64,000 nucleotides of DNA from positions 140,244,001 through 140,308,000 of the forward strand of contig NC_042998.1 of the NCBI RefSeq assembly GCF_006345805.1, read 5' to 3'. Within the stretch, counting starts at the first letter, position 1, and the number at the start of each line of letters is the position of its first letter. Origin of the DNA: Octopus sinensis. Its lineage: Eukaryota. A program made the translations under genes and the position numbers. The notes under the pieces were generated by a model. The model was not told the origin of the DNA. It was given only the letters and a program-made list of their open reading frames with translations, and ran no database searches. Of the stretch, positions 39,378-52,488 are shown piece after piece.

Positions 39378-39735
39378 AATGTATCACTGTATATATGTTG
39401 TATGTGTATGAATGAGTGTATGTATGTGTGTATGTGTGTGTGTGTTTCAGACGAAATGTATTTTCAACATCTACGGAGACAGAACAACGGCAGCAGCGGC
39501 TGTTATTAAAACAATGACAACAATCGGAGCAGATATTGCTGTGTAGTTGAGAAACTCGCCTTAGAAACCACGTGGTTCTGGATTCAGTCCCACTGCGTGT
39601 CACTTTCGGCTATTATCTTCTACAGTAGCCTTTGTCTCACCAATACCTTGTGAACTTGGTTGACGGAAACTATGGAAGACCGTTGTATGCATGTGTGTGT
39701 GTGTCTTGCTACAACAACAACAACTACTACTACTA

Positions 39736-39769
<34 letters not shown>

Positions 39770-40302
39770 TACTACTACTACTACTACTACTTAATAACAA
39801 CCCCATCACTACAACCAGAACTTCTATCATCACAATCACTTTCACAAACAAACACGATTAATGACCACTTAAGTTGCGAGAAATAGTAGCCAAATCCCAT
39901 CTAAATTACACTGCTAAACTTTTCTAATGGTTTTAACACGTTAAATGATGTAGTCCCAGATATACTACGCCTGATATATATATATTCTTTTTGGCAGGAT
40001 GGTGCGACTTGGACGAATTTCATGTTTTTTCAGTAAGGACAGATCTTGGGATAAACAGCAACCCAATAAACACCACCACTATCTTAAATAAGGACCAGTT
40101 AAACACTGCAGTCGATTCAATGGACTTAACCCCTCCCCCGAAATTGCTGGCCTTGTGCCAAAAATTTGAAGCAAATATCACATTCACATAGTGACACCGT
40201 AACTATCATCACAAGAGCAACCTCAAGTGCGGCACAACCTCAGACACAGCCATAAACAATTACAACACAACTATAATTATAACAACTGCAACCACAGTCA
40301 CA

Positions 40303-40458
40303 ACTAGTGCTCTCTTAAGACGTGGGCACTTTAGGTAGGTGCCCAGGAGCCTGTTCGAATCTACGTGTGTTGTGGTTTCTTGTCAAAAAATAAATACTAC
40401 AGGGCCCAATGCTTTAATTTTTCCCGGGCCTATAATGCTACTTAGAGGGCCCTGGTCA
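40303..40458. mobile_element. Small hAT-like MITE remnant
   Basis: Ends ..GGGCCCAATGC..CCCGGGCCTATAATGCT..AGAGGGCCCTG, similar to CAGGGCC...GGCCCTG elements. Confidence 0.4.
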
Positions 40459-40459
40459 C

Positions 40460-41270
40460 AACTACAACATAACTCACAACTGCAAAACAGCACACAACAA
40501 CAACACATAACTACAACACAACAATCAACTACAACACAACAAACAACTACAACACAACACACAACTGCAACACAACACAACACACTACAACATAACACAC
40601 AACTATAACACAACACAGCACAACTAGGAAATAACAGCTACAACACGACGCACAGCTACAAAATAACACACAACTACAAAACACAAAACAACACGACTAC
40701 AACTCAACATACAACTACAAACCAACACAACTGCAACACAACACAACACACAACTACAACACAACGCAACTACAACACACAACTACAACACAACGCAACT
40801 TCAACACACAACTACAACACAACACAACTACAACACAACACACAACTACAACACAAAATAACTACAACACAACACAACTACAACACAACACACTATTACA
40901 ACACAACACACAACACACAACAATAACACAACACATGTACGACGCAACACACAACTACAACACAGCTACAACAGTTCTTGCAACATATAACTACAACACG
41001 ACACACAACTACAACACAACACACTATTACAACACAACACACAACTATAACACAACACATCTACGACGCAACACACAACTACAACACAGCCACAACAGTT
41101 CTTGCAACATATAACTACAACACAACACACAACTATAAAACAACACAAAACTTCAAAACAACACAACTACAAATCACTGCAAAACTAGAAAACAACACAA
41201 TTACAACAATGCAACACAACACAACACAACAACAATTAAGCAACAACTATAGTACAACTGCAAACAACAG
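40460..41270. repeat. ACAAC/ACTAC minisatellite with a ~124-bp higher-order duplication
   Basis: TACGACGCAACACACAACTACAACACAGC.ACAACAGTTCTTGCAACATATAACTAC occurs at ~40934 and ~41058. Confidence 0.85.
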
Positions 41271-41329
41271 TACAATCACGGCGATTACATCATCGACATT
41301 TACCTCCGGACCATAAACACCACAATACC

Positions 41330-41534
41330 AACTCCACCACCATCGCCGCCGCCGCCGCCATTACCCACCACAGTAATTACATCATCACGACTGCCTCTAT
41401 CACAACTGCTGCATCAAACACCACCACCACCACCACCACCACCACCACCACCACACCACCACCACCATCACCACCACCAACAACAACAGCAGCAGCAGCA
41501 GCAGCAACAACAACAGCGACAACAACAGCAACAA

Positions 41535-41565
<31 letters not shown>

Positions 41566-42600
41566 AACAACAACTGCTGCTGCTGCTGTCCCAACATCAT
41601 CAAAACCATTTGCACCGCTAGAGTAACAAATACTCGTTATCCACCCGTTTACCGCCACCCACTAGAACCAGAACTACTATTACCACAATTATCATCATTG
41701 TAGCCACCCCAACACCACCAGCACTACCACCGCAGACTCATAACCATCACATAAACCGCCAACGCATGCACAACCACCGCAACAGCCACTACCACCACCA
41801 CCACCACCACCACCACCACTACCACCACCACCACACCACCACCACCATCATCCTTATCATCATTACCACCACAACCAGCAGCACCACCACAATCACCACC
41901 ACCCCCACCATCATCGTCACCATCATCAGTTGCAGTACCAGTAATTCCGCGACCGCAATCAACTTCACCACCGCCACTACCACCACCACTACCACCACCA
42001 CCACCTTCCTCGCCACCACCATCATCACCATTACCACTATTACCGCCATCGCCACCACTACCATCATCATTATTAGCTGCAGTAGCAGTACCTCTGCGAC
42101 CGTAAACACCACTCCCGCCAACATCATTACCACCATCACCATCATCATCACCACTACCACCACCACCACCACCACCATCATCATCCTCATCACCATTACC
42201 ACCAGAACTACCACCACCTCCACTACCATCATCATCATCGTTATCATTACCACCACCACCATAATAAATCATCATCATCATCATCATCATTCGTTGCAAA
42301 CACAGTACCTCCGCGACCGCAATCGATATCACCACCGCCACCACCACCTCCATCGCCACCACAAAATCGCCACCACCACCATCATCACCATCATCATCAT
42401 CATTACCACCACCACCACTATCATCACCATTATTAGCTGCAGTAGCAGTACCTCCGCGACCGCAAACAACACCACTCCCGCCAACATCACCACCACCACC
42501 ATCACCACCACCACCATCACCACCACCACCTCCTCCATCGCCACCTCCTCCATCGCCACGATGGTCACCATCACCAAGATCGCCACCATTACCACATCCG
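41330..42600. repeat. (CAC/CAT)n tract with four embedded ~50-bp spacer motifs
   Basis: TGCAGTA.CAGTA..TC.GCGACCG.AA recurs at ~41930, 42075, 42295 and 42435. Confidence 0.85.
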
Positions 42601-43390
42601 TTTCACGACACTCTCTAACAATATCCATTTATACGGTTTCAGACGATCATTATGAACCCCTCTACCTAATTTTTGTATCAAAGGTACCAATGGGGTCGGG
42701 GCAGTGTGTGGATGAAAGGGAGGTGAGGTAAAAGGCGGGGGATGGGGAGGTCGGAGAGAGGGCATGAGTGGAAGAGAAACGAACGCGTTCAATAAGCAAC
42801 GCATAAAAAAAAATCACCAGCCAAAGAACACAACAAAAAAAAATCAATAAGGGGGAAAAAGAGAAAAACAAAGTAAAAACAAAACAAACACAATGAAAAT
42901 AAAACACTAACAACAAAAAATAAGGCGAAGTAAAAAAAATGAAAAAATGAAAAAAATCCGCTGAAATTCAAAGCTAGCAATAATATGAACTTGAAAGCCA
43001 ACAGCACTGCGGGGTCCCTCACTAGCAGCAGACACAACAACAACAACTAAAGGAGTAGCAACAACAGCAACAATAACAAACAGTAAGTCTTGCAATGTTC
43101 GTTATATCCATTGCAGAGTTAGAAGGGAAGGGCTAAATTTTCACCCCAAATGAACAAATGTCGAGATGGAAAAGTTGAAATAAACGGGTGGCCTTGAAGT
43201 CATGGACTTATTGTGGTTGTCCATTTGAAATATGACAAAAGACTGGAATTGTTTTCAAACAAGCTCAATGTGTTGCAAGTAGTACAGTTCTGCTCTACAA
43301 TATTATAACACTAAACACTACATGTGTACAACACAATATTAAATACCACGCCAGAACAAAGCTAAACACTAAACATTAGTATGACGGTGA

Positions 43391-43663
43391 CCGGTAATAA
43401 CGTCACAGGGAAAAGAAGTCACAGGAATTAAGTCACAATTTTGGCTAGAAAAAAAGTCACAATTTTGGCTAGGAAAAAGTCACAATATTGGCTAGGAAAA
43501 AAGTCACAATTTTGGCTAGGAAAAAGTCACAATTTTGGCAAGGAAAAAAAGTCAATCAATTTATGGGATCCGGACAAACCCTCTCGGACAAAATCCCTGA
43601 CTATTTTCCTGTGACTTATTTCCCGTGACTTTTTTTCCAGTGACATTTTTTTCGCCTGGATTC
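43391..43663. mobile_element. Non-autonomous element with subterminal inverted GTCACA repeats and an internal 23-bp tandem (x5)
   Basis: AAAAAGTCACAATTTTGGCTAGG x5; left GTCACAGG repeats are mirrored by right CCTGTGAC/CCCGTGAC repeats. A related GGACAAAA.CCC motif occurs at ~16025-16110. Confidence 0.6.
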
Positions 43664-44034
43664 ATGTACATCACTGAACACTATATTTTTGCAACGGAAA
43701 ACACTATATTAGTACGACACTAAACACTACAGTGGTACAACGCTAAACGCCACGTTAATGCAACATCAAACACTGTATTAATAAACCGCTAAACAATTAG
43801 TATAATATTAATATAATATTAAACACGAACTTAGAACCACGCTAAACACTACACCAGGAAATTAAACCCAACATTCCTGCACTGAAGTCTCCACTATTAC
43901 AAGTAAACGCAACATAGGAACAACACCAAATACTACATATTCACACGAAACACTACATTTTTGCGACACTAGACACACTGCTGCCACATTAAACATTATT
44001 ACAACATAACAAACACTAAACACAATAATATTGG

Positions 44035-44445
44035 TTTCGCATTTTGGCACAAGGCCAGCAAATTTCGGGTGAAAGGCTTAAGTCGATTACATCGACCCTT
44101 GTATTCAGCTGGTGCTATATTTTATCGTTCCTAAAAGGCTGAAAGGCGAAGTTGACCTCTGCGGAATATTTGAACTGGGAACGTAAGGACGAGCAAAATG
44201 TCGCTAAGCAGTTTGTCCGGCGCGCTAATAATTCTGCCAGCACGTTGCCTACACACAATAATATAAATTTCAAAGTTTGGCACAAGGCCAGAAATTTCGG
44301 GGGAGGGGTAAGTCGTTTACATCACCCCTAGTGCTCAACTGGTACTTATTTTATCGACCATCGGCAGAATTTGAACATTAAAGACAGGCGAAATATCGCT
44401 AAGCATTTTATCCGGCATACTAACGATTCTGCAAGCCCGCCGCCC
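44035..44445 (-). mobile_element. Two family-1 SINEs (tail B)
   Basis: Copies at ~44035-44250 and ~44268-44445. Confidence 0.75.
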
Positions 44446-44491
44446 AAACACAATAATATCATAAGACCTAAACAGTATATTTTGCTTATTT

Positions 44492-44798
44492 ATGCGCCCT
44501 TTTCAGGCCTAGCCAGGCTCATGGGCCCGGTTTCCCGGTTTCTGTGGCGTATGCCCCCCCCCCCGCTGGACAGGACGCCAGTCCATCGCACCGTTACTCA
44601 AGAAACAGGAAGAAAGAGTGAGAGAAAGTTGGGGCGAAAGAGTACAACAGGGGGCGCCACCACCCCCTGTTGGAGCATCGTGGTGCTTTTTAGGTGTTTT
44701 CGCTCAATAAACACACACAACGCCCGGTCTGAGAATCGAAACCGCGATCCTTCGACCGCGAGTCCGCTGCCCTAACCACTGGGCCATTGCGCCTCCAC
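44492..44798 (-). mobile_element. SINE with family-3 head/body and family-4 (V-like) tail
   Basis: Head nearly identical to 6103-6485; tail matches 44799-44900. Confidence 0.8.
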
Positions 44799-45046
44799 TT
44801 TCGCCCTTTTAAAGCCTAGCCAGGCTCATGGGCCCGGTTCCCGGTTTCAATGACGTATGTGCTCCCCAGCTGGACGGGACGTCAGTCCATCGCAGCGTTA
44901 CTCATTTTTGCCAGCTGAGTGGACTGGAGCAACGTGAAATGAAGTGTTTTGCTCAAGAACACAACGTGTCGCCCGGTCCAGGAATCGAAACCACAATCTT
45001 ACGATCATGATGCTGACACCCTAACCACTAAGCCACGAGCCTCCAC
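44799..45046 (-). mobile_element. Family-4 SINE (V-domain-like)
   Basis: Head GGCTCGTGGCTTAGTGGTTAGGG; body GCGATGGACTGACGTCCCGTCCAG. Confidence 0.8.
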
Positions 45047-45254
45047 AAACAGTATATTAGTACATCACAAAACACTGCAACATTGTTTCACTGAACACAT
45101 TATTACATCATTAAACACAACAATATTTTAATACTAAACACATTATTACAACGCTAACAATGTTAAACACTTCAATAAAAGAGCTATAAGCACATTATTT
45201 ATTAAGACATTAAACAAAAGACTAAACACATAATTGGGACATCTAAACACTACA

Positions 45255-45445
45255 ATACTGGCTTCAAATTTTGGCACAAAGCCAGCAATTTCGTGGGAGG
45301 AGGCAGGTCGATTACATTGACCTCAGAGCTCAAGTGGTGCTTATTTTTTCGATTTCGAAAGGACGAAAAGCAAAGTCGACTTCCATGGAATTTGAACTCA
45401 GAACGTAAAGACGGATGAAACTCCGCTAAGCATTTCACCCAGCAT
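45255..45445 (-). mobile_element. Family-1 SINE (tail B)
   Basis: Shared core and tail. Confidence 0.75.
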
Positions 45446-45964
45446 GCGTAACCCTAAACACTGCATAATTCATCGTGGTCGTACGACCTGCCGGAAATTA
45501 CAAACAAATCGCCCCACCAGCTTGTACACATACACACACACATTAGATAAAGATGGATCATGGTTGTCAATCGTTTGATAAAGATGGATCATGGCTGTCA
45601 ATCGTTTGATCACCAGTTATCTCAAACACGGTTGACCTGGAGCTAAACAACGAAAGCAATGTTATTTATTTATCTATTTATTTATTTATATGTTGAGCCA
45701 CGAATAGATGATTAGATTTGACACCAGGATTATATATTATTTCTTTTCTTTTGACCAGACTCGAAACACTCAAGATTTAGACAAAGGAAAAATGAAAAAT
45801 TTCCGAAGTGCACTTGTCTGACGAGTGAATTGATCTGAGACGGTGTCTTGAAACTGAAACAATTACAGCGTGGAAGATACATATTAGGCATCTAAAAACA
45901 TTCAAAGACCGTTAACACTTTATTTAACAATTACTATGTGGTGTCCACATTTTCATCTTAGGCG

Positions 45965-46348
45965 AAGGCGTCGCTGTATAGTAAGAAGTTTGCTTTCCAA
46001 CCACATAATTCCGAGTTTAGTTCCATTGCGTGGCACATTGGGCTAGTGCCTACTACTAGTATAGCCTGACAAAAGCCTTCTGAGTGGATTTGGTTGACAG
46101 AAACTGAAGGCAGCTCGTCGTATGTATATGTGTGTGTGTGTGTGCGCGCGCGCCTCATACCACCGCTTGATAACCGATGTTGTGTTTGCGTCCCCGTAAC
46201 TTAGCGGTTTAGCAAAAGAGGCCGATAAAATAATTACCAGGCTTTAAAAAAGAGTACTGGGATTGATTCATTCGACTAAATATTCTTCAAGGTGGTGCTC
46301 CAGCATGGCCGCAGTCTAATGATTGAAATAAGTAAAAGTTAAAAGATT
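45965..46348 (+). mobile_element. Family-2 SINE
   Basis: Similar to 61912-62318. Confidence 0.82.
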
Positions 46349-46481
46349 CCAACTGCAGCCTGGTCACTGGCACAATTCCGTTGCAACTGGTTTGGGTGAG
46401 GTGGCTGGTCCAGTGTATCTAGGCTTCAGGGGTTTTATAATCATTTTCATATATATATATATAATATATATATTATATATA

Positions 46482-46628
46482 CTTTATTTAAAAGCAGAAG
46501 AAATATAACAAAAGCTGTTACTCAGAGTTTCACGTTCCCGTTCGTCGGTCAGTTTTGTTCCCGACGAACGGGAACGTGAAACTCTGAGTATCAGCTTTTT
46601 GTTATATTTCTGCTGCTTTTAAATAAAG
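46482..46628. ncRNA. 67-bp foldback whose arms each carry a minimal hammerhead motif
   Basis: Plus strand: CCGACGA(46561)-ACG(GGAA)CGT-GAAA-CTC(T)GAG-TA(46590). The mirror copy lies on the minus strand. Confidence 0.6.
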
Positions 46629-46700
46629 CATATCACTCTACCTCTGATATTTGAGTACTCTTTTTTTCCACCTGGTTTCACATTTATGTGCTTACTCCGG

Positions 46701-46775
<75 letters not shown>

Positions 46776-47125
46776 AATTAGAAAAAAACCCACCAGTTAT
46801 CAATTCATGAATGAAAAAAAAAATTGAATTATACCATATAGAAAAAAATGATAGCAGTAAAATCAATTCAATTTAAATATAGCCGCTCCTCAGGTCAAAG
46901 ATAAAAACAATAAAATAATTAAGTAAATAAATAAATATACGTATATAATCTTGTAAAACACGAAATATCTTAACAAATATATTCTGGTGTAAATAACAAT
47001 AGAATAAAGAGGTATAAATATTTATTATATCTATAAAAATAAAAGTTTAACTTATATAAGAAAAGAATAACAAACTATATATCATTACTAGAAAATAAAA
47101 TACAATTCATTAAATTATTTAAAAC

Positions 47126-47187
<62 letters not shown>

Positions 47188-48040
47188 ATATATATATATA
47201 TATATTATATATATATATATATGTGTGTGTGGTGTGTGTGTGTGAGTGTGTGTGTGTGTGTGTGTATAAAATACAAAATATACATTAATTGAAAACTAAA
47301 ATACTATAATTTAATCTATATACATTAAATTAAATTATTAATCAATTAATTTATTTAATAAACATATAAATTAAATCTTATTCTAATTAAGTAATATATA
47401 CTAAAAAACGTTATGCTAAGTTATATACAAATTGCTAGTACAAGCTATAAATATTAGAATTAAAAATAGAAAATATACACACCTATTATATAAACTTACT
47501 ATATTATTAATTTATATATAGTATATATAGATTTAATATTTCACTCACTTAGAGTTGATCAAAATATCAATTAATATTAAACTTATTTACTTAATTGTAA
47601 TACTACGTAACAAATAGACTTCCTAAATATTAAATATTATATTCTCTTACAAAACTATATATAATAATAAACATAAATTAAATAGATATACGTATCGTAA
47701 CTAATAATTATCGAGAAATTATATATAAATTAATATTTTAACAATAATAATGATAATCAAACACAATAAAATTCAAATATTAAATAATACTGTTAAATAG
47801 AAAACGTTACTTAATTTATCGATGACAATTATATATTTAAATTGAATTGATTTTACTGTATTCATTTCTTAAATATAGCCACGAAACACGTGTAGTCATA
47901 TTGCCAAATATATACGTTTTATTTATTATTTTGCACATTACTTAATCATTGGTATATGTTTTATCTTATATTTAATTTTTTCTATAGGATGTAATTTTTT
48001 TATTGGTGAATTGATAAAAGGTGTTTTTTTCTAATTTTAA
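46776..48040. repeat. Very AT-rich ~1.2-kb block bounded by inverted Penelope-like termini
   Basis: 27-bp perfect IR at 46855-46881 / 47832-47858. An outer IR AAATTAGAAAAAAAC..TTATCAATTCA lies at ~46776 and ~48040. Confidence 0.7.
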
Positions 48041-48053
48041 TATATATGTATGT

Positions 48054-48138
<85 letters not shown>

Positions 48139-48160
48139 TATATATGTATATATATATATG

Positions 48161-48219
<59 letters not shown>

Positions 48220-48335
48220 TGATATTATAATATTTGTGAAATTTGATTTAGTATTTCTAATTGAAATTTTCCCTGTAAGTTTGGAATAATATTCTCTATT
48301 ATTATTATTGTTATTATTATTATTATATTATTATT

Positions 48336-48376
<41 letters not shown>

Positions 48377-48567
48377 GGACGCGACGAGCTTTTTTCAGTT
48401 TCCGTTTACCAAATCCACTCACTAGGCTTTGGTCGGCCCGAGGCCATAATTAAAAGACACTTACCCACAGTGCCACACCTGCACGACTGTCTGCTTATCT
48501 TTAGGCATAAATTCTTAATCAAGCATTTATGTGCTATAATATTTGATATAACTGTATTTGTCTATAT

Positions 48568-49191
48568 CAGTGGTTCTCGACCGGGGTCCGTTTAGCCCTT
48601 GAGTGTCCATATAAGATTTTGTTGCTGAAGTGTATCTGCAGTTCATTCTTTTATTCTTTTACTTGTTTCAGTCATTTGACTTCGGCTTTGCTGGAACACC
48701 GCCTTAAAGGGATTTTTTATTCGAAGAAATTGACCCCAAGACTTATTCGTTGAAAGCCTAGTACTTATTCTATCAGTTACGGGTTTATAAACACACCAAC
48801 ATCGGTTGTTTAGTAATGGGGGGAGGACAAACGCAGACACAAAGACACACATAAATATATACATATACAACGGGCTTCTTTCAGTTTCCGCCTACCAAAT
48901 CCACTCACGAGGTTTTGGTAGGCCAGGGTCTATAGTAGAAGGTGCCACGCAGTGGGTCTGAACCCAGAATCATGTGGTTGGTAAGCAAGCTTCTTACCAC
49001 ACAGCCACGCCTGCGCTTAACGTTGTTTTATACTTATAGAATGCACAAAACATTAAAAAAAATTTTTCACACAATTCCTAATAATATTTAATTATAAAAA
49101 TATTTTTAAAACATCGAATGGCAATAGGGGTCCACCTGATAAAAATAGGAATCAAAGGGGTCCATAGACAAAATATGGTTGAGAAACACTG
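48568..49191. mobile_element. hAT-Charlie-type MITE with a nested SINE
   Basis: TIRs CAGTGGTTCTCGACC / GGTTGAGAAACACTG; 8-bp TSD GTCTATAT / GTCTGTAT. Confidence 0.8.
48641..49018 (-). mobile_element. Family-2 SINE inserted in the hAT MITE
   Basis: Full head ends ..CACAGCCACGCCTGCGC on the plus strand. Confidence 0.88.
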
Positions 49192-49535
49192 GTCTGTATT
49201 TACGAATAATTGGACTGAATCAGTGAATATTTGGTGTCTTGGTCATTGGTACTGGCCGTGTTGGCTATAAAAAACAATTTATTCATCTTTCGAGAAATTG
49301 CAGGACCTGTTCTACGTTGTGTTCACTATCTGGATACTTAACGGTAGTTGGTTCAACATTTATCGGTTCTTTTAGCTGTCAATCAACACCGAGGTTAGTG
49401 TGCCGTGACGGTAAATTTCGAGTCTAAATTTTTATGATAAAAATTTTACAAGGATACAACGTTTCAGATTTATAAGGGATGATAAGGGTAAGCGAGATTA
49501 TGAGGTGTTCATGGATTTCTTAGGGATATTAAACC

Positions 49536-50105
49536 GGCGGACGTCAGCAATAGGTAGCACAAATCGGAATTTCTCCATTATGACGGGAATTTTTCGGTTT
49601 TTTTTTTTTTTCACGGTGTTCTTGGAAATGATGAGGGAGCATTTTCCTCAACAAAGGAAAAAAAAACTTGGAAACATTATTTTTGTTTAAGAAAAGAAAT
49701 CATCGTGCGTAGTGGCTACAAAATTGACCTGAATTGGTCGGAGTGGGTCGGAATCATTTTTTGAAAAACTTTTTAACGTAAACGTTTCTCCCATTGTTTT
49801 TGAGGGCGTAGTGCCCACAAAATCGACCAAAATCGGTTCAAATGAGTGGTGGGGGTAGAAAAAATGTTCGTGCGTAGTGCCCATAAAATCGACCAAAATC
49901 GGTCCGGCGGGGGCGTAGGAAGTGGGGCATGTGGTGGTGGTGGTGGGAATTATAAAAAATCCCATGATTATTCGAAATTTTTGTCCTTTGCTAAAAATAT
50001 ACTCCCCATCATTTCCAAAGGACACCGTGAGAAAAAAGATCTGAAAAATCCCTGTCAAACGGAAAAATTCCAACTTATGTGTGCTACCTATTGCTGACGT
50101 CCGCC
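49536..50105. mobile_element. MITE with ~130-bp TIRs starting GGCGGACGTCAGC (Mutator-like) and three internal ~30-bp repeats
   Basis: GGCGGACGTCAGCAATAGGTAGCAC...GTGCTACCTATTGCTGACGTCCGCC; CGTAGTG.C.ACAAAAT.GACC x3; no TSD found. Confidence 0.7.
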
Positions 50106-50874
50106 ATGACATATTTTAGCTAAATGGTTACGATTATGATTCGAACCCTGCCTGTTAACACCAGCTATGTGCATTCCCACTCACCATTTGGCTAATTCCT
50201 GCTATTGAATATACAACCTCCACCACCTCACATTTCCCTCCCTACACACACGCGCGCACGTACGCGCATACGTACACACGCAAACAGAAACAGAACCACG
50301 TTTACATAAAAGTATACGTAAACACACACAGATACACGTATACAAACACAGACAGACCTAGTATACACATACACACATACATAGCATACGTACAAACACT
50401 TGCAAACACACACAAACAGATATATATATATAGATGTGTACGCATGTAGAAACGAACATACAAAGATTTTCAATTAATTAAAAGCCAGCTATAATTTCTT
50501 ATAAATCACATTTGATGTTTATCCCTCTTCTCAAATTATATTCCCTCCTTTTTCTCTCTCTCTCTCTCTCTCCTCCTTCTCCACCCTTCCTTTCAAGTTA
50601 CCCCTCATTCAACTCCCTAGCATCGCTCCCTCCCACTCTCTCCTTCACAAATTCCATCTGTTCAATCTTATTTATCTCCCTTCTCATAACCTCTCTCTCT
50701 TTATGAAGTTTCTCCTATTACGATCTGCTGTTTCCCTCTTTCCCCATATTCTCTGCATTTAACCTTTACTCTTTTTAAACTCACCCTCTATCTTTCTCTC
50801 ATTTATACATACACACTTTTTCCTTTCTCTTTCTCATTTACACACACAGCCCATCTGCCTGTCTGTCTTTCTAT

Positions 50875-50906
<32 letters not shown>

Positions 50907-52488
50907 TCCTCTCACTCATTTTGTATACGAATCTTTAATTCCTCTTCCTTCTTTGAGTCTGTCTCGCTTTATCTTCTCTCTCATCTTTCTCGTATCTGTT
51001 CTCTCCTACATATCTTTATTTCACTTTTTTCTTCTTTTCTCTCTTCCTTATTCTCTCTCTCTCTCCCTCTCTCCCCCTCCCCCATCTCTCTCTCTCTCTC
51101 TTACTCATATGCACACCTACACGGAATACACTTACACACATACACATGCATGCAAACACGCATAAACATATAAATACAAATCTATGCCTTCACGCTTGCC
51201 GCTTCACCACTTTATTCTAGCAACACACAACACAAACACATACAGACGTACACAATCACATACGCACACACACACAAACACACACAGTCACCCATAAATA
51301 CACACACATACACAGACCACACACACACACAGACACACACTGCTTTCTAATATAAAACTTTTATAACTGCCCTTTCGCCGTTTATGTTTCATTTTAATGT
51401 TGCCGTCTTATCGCCTTTGATCAAAACACAAAAATAGCCACTTGGAAATGGCTGGAGTAAGAGTTAGAGCGTGATGGAGTTTAGCAGACGGACTGATCTA
51501 GGCCTACTTTGGGGTGAGAAGGGCTTAATTGTAAATGAGAGAGGGGATAAGGAGCAGAGATGGGGTAGGTGAGTGAGAAAAATGGCTGTTTCTATGAATC
51601 ATAAACACAGATGATCATTTCATCTTGTCGTCAAACGCTATTATATATATAAAGGGAGTTGTGTGTGTTTGTGTATGTGTGTGTGTGTGTGTGTAAGTGT
51701 GTATGTACGTGCACATATATATGTATGTATATATGCATATATATCTATGCGTACACACACAATATAATGCACATATGTAAATATGTATATGTATATATGT
51801 GTATGCGAACATACATGTTTGTGTGTGCGTGTGTATTGTATGCGTAAGTTTAGGCGTTTGCGTGTAATGGTATGTGTGTGTGTGTCTGTGAGCGCGCGCG
51901 TGAACTTCATCATCCATTTAACTTCTTTTGATTTGTATGACAGCGTGTAAAATGCTTTCACACACACACACACACACACACAACACACACAACACACACA
52001 CACACACACACACACACACTCGCACGCACGCGCGCGCGTAACCAAATATAGAAAGATATATACTTATTATACATTATGACCGCTTTATAGAAGAGGTGAA
52101 CCTAGATTTTATGGCTTTATGATCTAGGACCCGAGGCCCTTAATTTTCACAGCCAATATTAGAGGCGGGACTAAAGGGTTTTAAAAATATAGTGACCTTT
52201 ATTATTAATCAGCTGTCTGGGGCTTCTTATTATTTGCTTTATAAGAGCCACCTCTGTTGTACACTGATATTCATTAGATATACAGTATTGTTGACCTGTG
52301 GTTTAATGGATCATAAGATCGGATTCTCTCATCGATATTGCCCTGTCTCACTACATGATAATACTAACTGTACCGGTACTTTCTTACGTTTCACTCTTAA
52401 GAAAGTGCTGGTGACTGTGTTTTATTGACAAGTGGGTTTGTTAGCTTATAGTTCAAATCTGGGTTCAACTCCAACCATTGCGTTAGTT

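Noticed and set aside
43433-43548. 23-bp repeats as a CRISPR array
   Set aside because: Head-to-tail with no spacers; internal to a transposon-like element.
52130-52185. CCAAT, GC box and TTTATG sites as a promoter
   Set aside because: Short motifs expected by chance; no downstream exon or other support.
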